53,143 nucleotides of DNA, from IMG/VR virus record IMGVR_UViG_3300045988_065744. The stretch is one strand, 5' to 3'. Position numbers and translations under genes: made by a program. Below are positions 26,479 to 34,310 of the stretch, piece after piece; the stretch's first letter is position 1; every line of letters starts with the position of its first letter. This DNA is from a virus. A model generated the notes under the pieces. The model was not told where the DNA came from. It was given only the letters and a program-made list of their open reading frames with translations, and searched no databases.

Positions 26479-27106
26479 TCTTCGCAATGCAAAGCTGACC
26501 GATCTGCTGCCGAAAAGCGTTGCAGACCAGCAATGGGTAAAGTCGATATCGGATGCATGGCATGAGCTGGCAATTCTGATTTTGGATTTTACCGACAATG
26601 CGAAAATCTACACGGGCATTGACCATGCATCGGATGAACTGCTGGACATTCTGGCAGTTCAATTCCGTGCGCCGCGCTACCGGCAGGACTACGACATCGA
26701 AACAAAACGGCGGCTTGTGAAAGCGTCCCTACCTTATTATATGACGGTGGGAACAAAAGCAGCTGTGGAAGATATGATGCGTGACCTGTACGGTGACGCG
26801 ACTGTGCGAGAATGGTTCGAGTACGACGGAACGCCGGGCTGCTTCCGAATCAAGATTAAGGCAGAAGGCCCAATCGACATTGAAGAAATGCTGGACATTC
26901 TCAGCCATGTAAAGCGGGCCAGCGCCCACCTGGATATGTTGCAGCTTTCCACGGAGGAAATGCACAAGCTGTTCTTCGGCTTTGCGTCGGTCACTGTGGG
27001 CAAGTGGTCTGGCGTGACGGCAGATGGAGAAAGCGTATTCAGCTGGCTTGTAGATGCGGACGAAAACGCCCTTCTGGACGCAGACGGGAACATCCTGACA
27101 GACTAA
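26471..27106 (+). CDS. Tail protein I (P2 gpI-like)
   Basis: ATGACTGA overlaps the J stop. LLPKSVADQQW...LLDILAVQFRAPRYRQDYDIETKRRLV pattern. Confidence 0.7.
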   Translation: MTDLRNAKLTDLLPKSVADQQWVKSISDAWHELAILILDFTDNAKIYTGIDHASDELLDILAVQFRAPRYRQDYDIETKRRLVKASLPYYMTVGTKAAVEDMMRDLYGDATVREWFEYDGTPGCFRIKIKAEGPIDIEEMLDILSHVKRASAHLDMLQLSTEEMHKLFFGFASVTVGKWSGVTADGESVFSWLVDADENALLDADGNILTD

Positions 27107-27118
27107 AAGGGGGAAACA

Positions 27119-28516
27119 ATGTTTTTTCCGAGTTTGATCCTGACCAATTCAGGCAGGGCTTTGATCGTGAAAGCTCTGAATGGCACCGCAATCAATTTCA
27201 CGAAATTTGCGCTGGGCGATGGCGCCGCACCAGAGGAACCGCGTGACCTGAAAAATCTTGTGCATTTGGCAGCCAATATGCAGATCAACAGCATTGAGCT
27301 GTCTGCAAACTGCGCCGTGCTGGAATCCACCTACACGAACAGCGGTCTGAAATCAAAGCTGGTCGCCCGGGAAATTGGCATCTTCGCCAACGACCCGGAC
27401 GATGGAGAAATCCTGTATGCATATGCCAATGCGGGAAACGAAGCTGCCGTTGTGCCGCCGGAGAGCGGCGACATGACGGTGCAGGAAACCTTCCACATGG
27501 TGGTTGCGGTTGGCGATGCAGAGCAGGTGACGGCAACGCTGGGCGAGTATTCCGGCTATGCCAGCAAGCAAGACCTGAAAGACCACATCGATGACCACAA
27601 CAATCCGCACCATGTTACGGCAGAGCAGATTGGTTTGGGCAATGTGCCCAATGTCACCCCGACGAACCAACAGCCGGTGTTCTCAAATGACTACATTACG
27701 AAGACGGATGGCTCCTACGATGTGCAGAATATCGCTTCCGGCGAAAAGCTGGGAAACATCCTGCGGAAGATTCGCACGGCAATTGCCGCCTTCATCGCAC
27801 ACCTTTCTGCAAAGAACCCGCACAAAATTTCCGCTGCGGACATTTCAGCAGCAGCAATGGACCACAAGCACAACGCGGATGATGTGACCAGCGGAACGTT
27901 CCCTATTTCTCGCGGCGGCACCGGTGCCCAGACCGCAACACAGGCGCTGGCGAATCTGGGTGCAATGCCTACGTCTGGCGGCACCTTTACGGGCGCGGTG
28001 CGGTTCCAGCAGTCTACATACTTTGGTACTGACAACAGTTATTACGTCGGCAGCGATGGCACGGCGAACTTCCGCAAAGTGTATGGTGCGGTCTATAACG
28101 ACTACGCCGAATGGTTCCCCCGTGGGTGCGATACCAAGCCGGGAGATATCATTGCGCTGGATGTGGGCAGCCAGACAGAACGGTATATCAAGGCGGTTGG
28201 AAAGATGGATCGCGTTGTGGGCGTGCACACGGACGAATATGCATACCTGATTGGCGGCGATACGCCGGACGAGAAAGACGACAACTTCAAAGCTAACATA
28301 GAAAAGTATATCCCCGTTTCCCTTGCAGGGCGCGTCAGAGTGCGCGTGACCGGCAGGGTGAAGACCGGGGATTTAATTTTGCCTTCGGGTACGCCTGGCA
28401 TTGGCCGGGCGGCCTGCGCAGGGGAGTTTGCTCCGGCAGAATGCATTGTCGGCTATGCGGTGGAAGGCGACGACCGGACGGATGAACGCCGCATTCGTGT
28501 CCGGGTGAGGGGGTGA
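27119..28516 (+). CDS. Tail fibre protein
   Basis: 465 aa. The N-terminus MFFPSLILTNSGRALIVKALNGTAINFTKFALGDG matches the P2 gpH-type fibre N-domain. The C-terminal ..VYNDYAEWFP.. region resembles auto-chaperone fibre ends. Confidence 0.75.
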   Translation: MFFPSLILTNSGRALIVKALNGTAINFTKFALGDGAAPEEPRDLKNLVHLAANMQINSIELSANCAVLESTYTNSGLKSKLVAREIGIFANDPDDGEILYAYANAGNEAAVVPPESGDMTVQETFHMVVAVGDAEQVTATLGEYSGYASKQDLKDHIDDHNNPHHVTAEQIGLGNVPNVTPTNQQPVFSNDYITKTDGSYDVQNIASGEKLGNILRKIRTAIAAFIAHLSAKNPHKISAADISAAAMDHKHNADDVTSGTFPISRGGTGAQTATQALANLGAMPTSGGTFTGAVRFQQSTYFGTDNSYYVGSDGTANFRKVYGAVYNDYAEWFPRGCDTKPGDIIALDVGSQTERYIKAVGKMDRVVGVHTDEYAYLIGGDTPDEKDDNFKANIEKYIPVSLAGRVRVRVTGRVKTGDLILPSGTPGIGRAACAGEFAPAECIVGYAVEGDDRTDERRIRVRVRG

Positions 28517-28520
28517 GAGG

Positions 28521-29432
28521 ATGCCGGAGAGAGGACAGTTTATTTCCGACGAAGATTTTCTTGCCCTGAAAAGCCTGATAGACGCAGAGATCGGTCGGCG
28601 CGGCAAGACAGAAGGCACCGCACAGGGACAGTCCGTTGGCAGCATGGCGGCATATAGGGGAGCGGCGTACCAGTACAATGTGACCCCGGCGGATGGCGTG
28701 AGCGTGGATGCAGAACACATCCAGAAAATCACCCGTCTGGTGGATGCCGTTCAGGGCGGTGCAACGACACCGGCGCGGGGAGACCAAGTTGCAGCATCGG
28801 GGCTTGCGCAAGCGGCGGCAACGGTAAGCACACTGAGCAATATCCCGGAAACTGCAACGGCGACCGGGTGCAGCGGGCAATGCACGGGGCTTTGCTCCAA
28901 TGGCTGCAACACGTCCTGTACCAGCTGCACCGGTAGCTGTGGCGGAGGGTGTGTAGGAACTTGCAGGGCAAATTGTGCGAATGACTGCACGGCTACTTGC
29001 AGGGGAACTTGTCAGGGGTCGTGCAGCAACACATGTTTAGGAAACTGCACAAATACCTGCAACACGACCTGCACTGCCACCTGCGCGAACGATTGCACCA
29101 ATGGCTGCAAGACGGGCTGCAAGGGAGGATGCAAAGGCGGCTGTGACGGTTGCTCCGGCAGCTGTTCCGGTAGCTGTGATGCTACCTGCGCGGACGATTG
29201 CACGGGACGGTGCAACGATAGGTGCGATTCCTACTGTGCGTCCAGCTGCCAGGACAGTTGCAGAGGAAATGGCTGCTTTGCAAACTGTAAAAGCGGCTGT
29301 TCTGACAGCTGCGAAGGAGACTGCAATTCTCACTGTGGCGCATCCTGCACAAGCAACTGTGATAGCAGTTGCAATGGATGCTCTGGAAGCTGCTCTGGCG
29401 GCTGTACATCTTGCTCTGGATTCCTGTGGTAA
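28521..29432 (+). CDS. CxxxC-repeat protein (116-aa Cys-free N-domain plus 187 aa with 47 Cys)
   Basis: CSGQCTGLCSNGCNTSCTSCTGSCGGGCVGTC...CSGSCSGGCTSCSGFLW. 41 of 46 Cys-Cys spacings are exactly three residues. RBS gggggtgagagg. Confidence 0.8.
   Translation: MPERGQFISDEDFLALKSLIDAEIGRRGKTEGTAQGQSVGSMAAYRGAAYQYNVTPADGVSVDAEHIQKITRLVDAVQGGATTPARGDQVAASGLAQAAATVSTLSNIPETATATGCSGQCTGLCSNGCNTSCTSCTGSCGGGCVGTCRANCANDCTATCRGTCQGSCSNTCLGNCTNTCNTTCTATCANDCTNGCKTGCKGGCKGGCDGCSGSCSGSCDATCADDCTGRCNDRCDSYCASSCQDSCRGNGCFANCKSGCSDSCEGDCNSHCGASCTSNCDSSCNGCSGSCSGGCTSCSGFLW
28869..29429 (+). repeat. 12-nt periodic coding repeat (TGC NNN NNN NNN)
   Basis: This is the nucleotide-level reflection of the CxxxC register. 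It also creates a long stop-free antisense frame. Confidence 0.8.
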
Positions 29433-29450
29433 CGAGAAAGGGAGAACAAA

Positions 29451-30026
29451 ATGGACGTGGCATTTGAACCGAACAACGACGCAAGAAGCGAAAAGGCGTA
29501 TACCAAAAATCTTCCGATGCTGAAAATCCAGACCCACGAAACGGTCAACCCGGAGGACTGGCAGGGACTTCTTGCAGATACACCGCCCGGCATGGAGAAA
29601 GTTTTCTGGTGCATCGGATGTGCCGGTATGTTCATGGTGAACACGGAAGATAAGTTCGATGTGTGGTGCGCATACTGCATCACAGTTGCACAGTCTGTAG
29701 TGACAGCCTGCGACGAAGACGCGGACGAAGACCGGATTTACCTGATGGGCTTTGGTCTGGCAGCCAGGACGTTCAACTTTGCGGCACACCCTGTCCGAAG
29801 AGGTGAGTGTGATCCTGCACCGTTCATCAAGGCGGCTCAGTATGAATGCAAAGACGATGTGGAGTTTTTCTCTATGTGGCACCTGCTTGTTGTGCTGATC
29901 GAACTGCTGCGGTTGAGCGAAACAGAAGATATGCACGATATGGTTTCGGCCATGGTCAAGATGAATCGGGTCCGTGCAAGATACCGTCAGGCGGCGGACA
30001 AGCTGCCGAAACGGGATGCACAGTAA
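29451..30026 (+). CDS. Hypothetical protein in the CxxxC/rSAM cassette
   Basis: 191 aa, RBS aagggag. Contains FWCIGCAGMF and WCAYC. Confidence 0.55.
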   Translation: MDVAFEPNNDARSEKAYTKNLPMLKIQTHETVNPEDWQGLLADTPPGMEKVFWCIGCAGMFMVNTEDKFDVWCAYCITVAQSVVTACDEDADEDRIYLMGFGLAARTFNFAAHPVRRGECDPAPFIKAAQYECKDDVEFFSMWHLLVVLIELLRLSETEDMHDMVSAMVKMNRVRARYRQAADKLPKRDAQ

Positions 30027-30036
30027 GGAGTGTACC

Positions 30037-30339
30037 ATGAAGAATATCAAAATCACCACACAGGAAAGTGAAGCTGTGGAGCGTGCCTACTACGAAGCGC
30101 AGTCCTATGAAGCGCTGATGGCAATTCTGTCCCGCCAGCTGAACGCTGGCGCGAATACGATGATAGCTGATATGCTGCACTACTACGCAGGACTGTGCCG
30201 GAAAGCGCAGATGAAGCTGAAGATGGTGCAGGACAAGGTGCTGGCGCGGTACATCGACCCGGAAGAGAACCCGAACCTGATCGTGCACTTCGACTTTGAG
30301 CGGGAGGAGGTACACCCCGTTGAGAACGAAAAAGTATGA
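30037..30339 (+). CDS. Small helical protein preceding the rSAM gene (possible CXXX-repeat modification system partner)
   Basis: 100 aa, start at MKNIKITTQESE after taaggag. Its end overlaps the rSAM start. Confidence 0.55.
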   Translation: MKNIKITTQESEAVERAYYEAQSYEALMAILSRQLNAGANTMIADMLHYYAGLCRKAQMKLKMVQDKVLARYIDPEENPNLIVHFDFEREEVHPVENEKV

Positions 30340-31648
30340 GGACTACGGGAATACCGTCCAGCGCTTATATGGCAGGGACAGACAGGAGTGTGGAAGCATC
30401 TGCCGAAGTATCACGTTCCAGATCACAAACGCCTGCAACCTGCGGTGCTCATACTGCTATGAGCACCACAAGTCTACCGAAAAAATGACGCTGGAAACCG
30501 GAAAGAAAATCGTGGACTACATCCTGAACCTGTACGAGGATAGCACATCCGATTTTGTGAACCGGGACACCAAAGCCATGATCCTGGACTTCATCGGCGG
30601 GGAACCGCTGCTGGAAGCTGAACTGATCGAGCATATCTGCGACTACTGGTTTTCGGAGTGCTACCGGCGGGAAATCCCGCTGGGACCGTTCACGCGCATT
30701 TCTTTTGCCACGAATGGCCGACTGTGGCGCTCCCCGGCGGCGCAGCACCTGCTGGAAAAGTACCATAATCTTATGTCGGTTACAGTGTCCATTGATGGCG
30801 TGCAAGAGCTGCACGACCGTTACCGCATCGACGAAGACGGAAACGGCAGCTTTTCTACCGCGTGGGCAGCATTCCAGGACGGCAAGCGGAAGTATGGTTG
30901 GCTCAACAGCAAAATGACCTTCGTGCCCGGCTCCATCCAGTACATTGCATCCAGTATGAAAATGATGCTGGATGCCGGGTGCAGGCACATTGCCGGGAAC
31001 TGCGCCTACGAGCCGATGTACACGGACGAGGACGGCAAGGCACTGTACAAGCAGCTGAAAGAGGTTTCGCAGTACGTTATCAAGAACGGCTGGGACGTGG
31101 CGATTGCTATGCTGGATGAACAGATCGGCGATGCAGAACAGAACGACCGAAACTTCTGCGGCGGAACCGGCGCAATGCTGAGTTTTGCCCCGGACGGGTC
31201 CGCGTATCCCTGCATCAGGTATGCGCCTATCTCTATTGGCAAAGAGAAGGCGGATCGGGTGTGTCTGGGCAATGTGCAGGAGGGCAGTCTGTATGCCACG
31301 GATCAGCAACGGCAGGTGAAGGAAGAACTGGATGCAATCACCATGAAATCACAGTCCACGGAAGAGTGCATCCATTGCCCGGTATCTTCCGGGTGCGGCT
31401 GGTGCAGTGGTTTGAACTATGAAATGTTCGGAACTGCAAACCGTAGGTATACCGGAATCTGCAAAGTTCACAAGGCGCGTGTGCTGGCTGTGTGCTGGTA
31501 CTGCAATATGCGCAGTATAGCTCTGGGAGATACCGCACCGAAGAAGGTGAATCTCCCCTACGAGGAAGTGGCGCGTCTGATCGGTGAGGATGAAGCCGCA
31601 GAGCTGAAAGCCATTGAGAAGGAGGCGGCAGAGAAATGGGCATGGTAA
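30320..31648 (+). CDS. Radical SAM / SPASM-domain peptide maturase
   Basis: CNLRCSYC (CX3CX2C) near the N-terminus. C-terminal auxiliary-cluster cysteines CGGTGAMLSFAPDGSAYPC and CIHCPVSSGCGWC. Probable TTG start at 30320 after gggaggagg (the ORF is open from 30296). Confidence 0.85.
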   Translation: MRTKKYEDYGNTVQRLYGRDRQECGSICRSITFQITNACNLRCSYCYEHHKSTEKMTLETGKKIVDYILNLYEDSTSDFVNRDTKAMILDFIGGEPLLEAELIEHICDYWFSECYRREIPLGPFTRISFATNGRLWRSPAAQHLLEKYHNLMSVTVSIDGVQELHDRYRIDEDGNGSFSTAWAAFQDGKRKYGWLNSKMTFVPGSIQYIASSMKMMLDAGCRHIAGNCAYEPMYTDEDGKALYKQLKEVSQYVIKNGWDVAIAMLDEQIGDAEQNDRNFCGGTGAMLSFAPDGSAYPCIRYAPISIGKEKADRVCLGNVQEGSLYATDQQRQVKEELDAITMKSQSTEECIHCPVSSGCGWCSGLNYEMFGTANRRYTGICKVHKARVLAVCWYCNMRSIALGDTAPKKVNLPYEEVARLIGEDEAAELKAIEKEAAEKWAW

Positions 31649-31896
31649 GTCTGGCAGACAAAGCCCTGGCAGAAGCGTTTGAAAGCGCGGACTATGTAAT
31701 CGTGGTTCGGAAACGAGCAGACGGAAAGAACGATCTCTACCGCGCAACCCCGGCACAGATCGCAAAAGTGGTGGGCGAAACCTTGCAGGTGCCGGGCATC
31801 AAAGCAAACCTGAACGCTTTGAAGCTGACCGCTTCGGACGATGGGCGCGGCGTGGTGACGCTCTCTCTGGGAGGTAAGACGGAATGGCAAACGTAA
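31636..31896 (+). CDS. Hypothetical tail-tip module protein
   Basis: 86 aa. Overlaps the rSAM stop. Confidence 0.45.
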   Translation: MGMVSLADKALAEAFESADYVIVVRKRADGKNDLYRATPAQIAKVVGETLQVPGIKANLNALKLTASDDGRGVVTLSLGGKTEWQT

Positions 31897-32126
31897 AAAT
31901 CGTAAGAGCCACCTACCTTGTCATTGACGGCACCACCTATAAGCTGATCGACGAAGACGTGCCGAACTGGGCAAAGGAACTGCTGCCGGATAAGACACTG
32001 AAAAAGGAAGGCTCTGCCGCCGATGCGGCAGCCACCGGAAAAAGACTGGAAAAACTGGAAGGGCTTCCGTACTTCTTTTATGACGAAGCCGGTCGCTTGA
32101 CCTTTGATGATGGACAGGAGGACTAA
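31884..32126 (+). CDS. Hypothetical tail-tip module protein
   Basis: 80 aa, RBS gggagg. Confidence 0.5.
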   Translation: MANVKIVRATYLVIDGTTYKLIDEDVPNWAKELLPDKTLKKEGSAADAAATGKRLEKLEGLPYFFYDEAGRLTFDDGQED

Positions 32127-32128
32127 AC

Positions 32129-33868
32129 ATGGCAAGAACTCACATGGCATCCGATGAATCCTTGCAGCAGATTTTTGCTGCGGTGTCCGGTACCACTATG
32201 GCGGCGGCGGGCGATGGACGTACCGCCGTTCTGGCAACCGGCAATGAAGATACCATCGACCGGTACTATAACGCGCTGGCTCAGAAAGTGACCACGGCAC
32301 GGGAAATGAACGTGCTGTTCGTAGACTGGTGGACGGCGAACTGGAATCCGAACACCAGCACCTATAACCGGATGCTGGAACGTTGGTTCGGCAATGTGCT
32401 GGACGACAGCCGCGTGCATGGCGTAAAGTTCCCGCTGTTCAGCACATCCAACACCGCAATCGGTGAGCTGACCGACGACAGCGTGGGCCTGTCCTGCACC
32501 CCGTCTACCGCAGCAGAATCCGGCAAGGATGATTTTGCCGGTCTGCCGCAGTTCTGGTGCGTGGAAGTGGCGGCGGAAAAGAACGAGGACGGCAGCCACA
32601 CGATCTACGCTTGCCAGTACATCGACGATGACGACTTTGTGCGCAGTACCAATCATCTGGTCTGGGTGTTGCAGAAGAATACCTATGTGCGTGAGCGCAA
32701 CGAGGGCGGCTACCGCATCCTGCGTATGCGCTGCCACCCGTCCGGCGGTTACGAGCAGTGGCCGCAGGGCACCGACCGTACCGGCAAGACCTATCCGTAC
32801 ATTGCAAACCCGAAGTATTTCGCCGGTATGCAGGATGACGGCAAGATCGGCGGTCACACGGGTTTGGCACCGGTGAACTACAAGAGCCACACCCAGCTGG
32901 TGCAGCTGTGGCGTGCTCGTGGCAGCCAGTACGCCGGTGCATCCGGCAACCTGCTGAAATGGCAGGAGCGCATGATCCAGCTGAAGTATGCACGCAAGGG
33001 CAACAGCGGCACCATTGAGGGCTGCACTTCCTACAACTACCAGTACACTGCCGCCATTGATGCAGAGGGCGTGAACTACTTCCCGGTGACGACCGAGCAG
33101 GCCGCAAACCTGCTTATTGATTCCTACGTTGCCATTGGCACCCACACGAAGAGCACGACCGACCGTAACGATGCCACCATGCATGACATCCAGACCGAAG
33201 CCCGCATTACCCGCATTGAAGACATCAACGTGGACGGAACGGGCTACAAAGCAGTCTACGTTGATACCGGCGATACCTGGAATGTGGTCAAGGGGCAGAC
33301 GATGCTATCCACTATGCCTTATGGCAGCGGTTATAACGACAGCGTGCGCGGCAACGATGGCTCGCGCACCAACTACACCAACGGCAAGGAACCTGGCTTG
33401 ATCCAGAAGACGGAGTTCCAGAACGGCGCATACCTGATCGTGGCGGATGAACTGTGGCAGTGGGGCAAGGATGGCGACGGCAATTACACCTTTGACATCT
33501 ACACCTGCCACGACCAGACGAAGGTGACGACCGATGGTTCTATCTCTGCTGACTACACGAAGCAGGAAGACCTGACGCTGACCTTCCCGGAAGGCACAGC
33601 CAACGCATGGCAGTATATCGAAGATACGGCAATCAGCAATGACCCGGCGGTGCTGTGGCCTGCTGCCGTGTCTACCCGTGCGGGCAGCGGAACCGGCGTT
33701 AAGGCTGGCTTCTACGTCTTTCCGGCTGCGTCCGGTGTCCGCGCGGCTTGGCGGTGCTGCTACTTGTTCTACGGCGGCGGTGCGTCTTTGGCGGCGGCGC
33801 TCTCGAGCTACTGGGTCGGTACCGCGTACTGGTACGGCGGCGCTGGCGTGCCTGGCCTTGCTGGGTAA
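32129..33868 (+). CDS. DGR target protein (putative receptor-binding protein with C-terminal variable region)
   Basis: 579 aa, RBS caggagg. The last 56 codons contain the VR (...AAWRCCYLFYGGGASLAAALSSYWVGTAYWYGGAGVPGLAG). Confidence 0.85.
   Translation: MARTHMASDESLQQIFAAVSGTTMAAAGDGRTAVLATGNEDTIDRYYNALAQKVTTAREMNVLFVDWWTANWNPNTSTYNRMLERWFGNVLDDSRVHGVKFPLFSTSNTAIGELTDDSVGLSCTPSTAAESGKDDFAGLPQFWCVEVAAEKNEDGSHTIYACQYIDDDDFVRSTNHLVWVLQKNTYVRERNEGGYRILRMRCHPSGGYEQWPQGTDRTGKTYPYIANPKYFAGMQDDGKIGGHTGLAPVNYKSHTQLVQLWRARGSQYAGASGNLLKWQERMIQLKYARKGNSGTIEGCTSYNYQYTAAIDAEGVNYFPVTTEQAANLLIDSYVAIGTHTKSTTDRNDATMHDIQTEARITRIEDINVDGTGYKAVYVDTGDTWNVVKGQTMLSTMPYGSGYNDSVRGNDGSRTNYTNGKEPGLIQKTEFQNGAYLIVADELWQWGKDGDGNYTFDIYTCHDQTKVTTDGSISADYTKQEDLTLTFPEGTANAWQYIEDTAISNDPAVLWPAAVSTRAGSGTGVKAGFYVFPAASGVRAAWRCCYLFYGGGASLAAALSSYWVGTAYWYGGAGVPGLAG
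33702..33851 (+). repeat. DGR variable repeat (VR)
   Basis: 150 bp, 134/150 identical to 33957-34106. All 16 differences lie opposite adenines of the other copy. Confidence 0.92.
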
Positions 33869-33879
33869 AGCGGGGTGAA

Positions 33880-33901
33880 TTGCCCGGCATCGTCCGGGCA
33901 A
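33880..33901 (+). promoter_or_regulatory. Hairpin downstream of VR (candidate DGR target-recognition stem-loop)
   Basis: ttgcccgg-catcgt-ccgggcaa, an 8-bp perfect stem 29 nt after the VR end. A second hairpin, aggggc-agcca-gcccct plus tttt, follows. Confidence 0.5.
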
Positions 33902-33956
33902 GAGGGGCAGCCAGCCCCTTTTGACGATAACAGGATTTGGGATGCATGGTGTCCAC

Positions 33957-34106
33957 AGGCTGGCTTCTACGTCAATCCGGCAGCGTCCGGTGTCCGCGCG
34001 GCTTGGCGGTGCTGCAACTTGAACAACGGCGGCAATGCGTCTTTGGCGGCGGCGAACTCGAACAACTGGGTCGGTAACGCGAACTGGAACGGCGGCGCTG
34101 GCGTGC
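33957..34106 (+). repeat. DGR template repeat (TR)
   Basis: Non-coding copy. It carries 25 adenines, 16 of which are substituted in the VR. It holds 11 AAC/AAT codons in the VR reading register. Confidence 0.92.
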
Positions 34107-34310
34107 AACTGGTTCACCAAAAATCATCAATCATTGCATCATGCATTCCGCGCTTATGTGCGAAAATTTCTTGAAACCAGCATCACGGCGCTGCGTCCGC
34201 AGGAAAGGGCGGGTCCATCCGTGGCGGCAGGACAAGGAACCTGCTGGCGGCTAGTAGCATAGGGCAAAAGCCTGAACCCGAAAGTCGTTGAAGAACCAGA
34301 TGATTTTTAT

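Noticed and set aside
29037-30059. 340-aa minus-strand ORF antisense to the CxxxC-repeat gene.
   Set aside because: The 12-nt TGC periodicity gives GCA (Ala) runs and no stops on the opposite strand. It has no RBS, and the plus-strand gene sits in the operon with a strong RBS.
33875-34174. 99-aa ORF covering the DGR template repeat.
   Set aside because: It is the TR read in the VR register (Asn-rich because of AAC codons). It has no RBS, and TRs are non-coding by definition.
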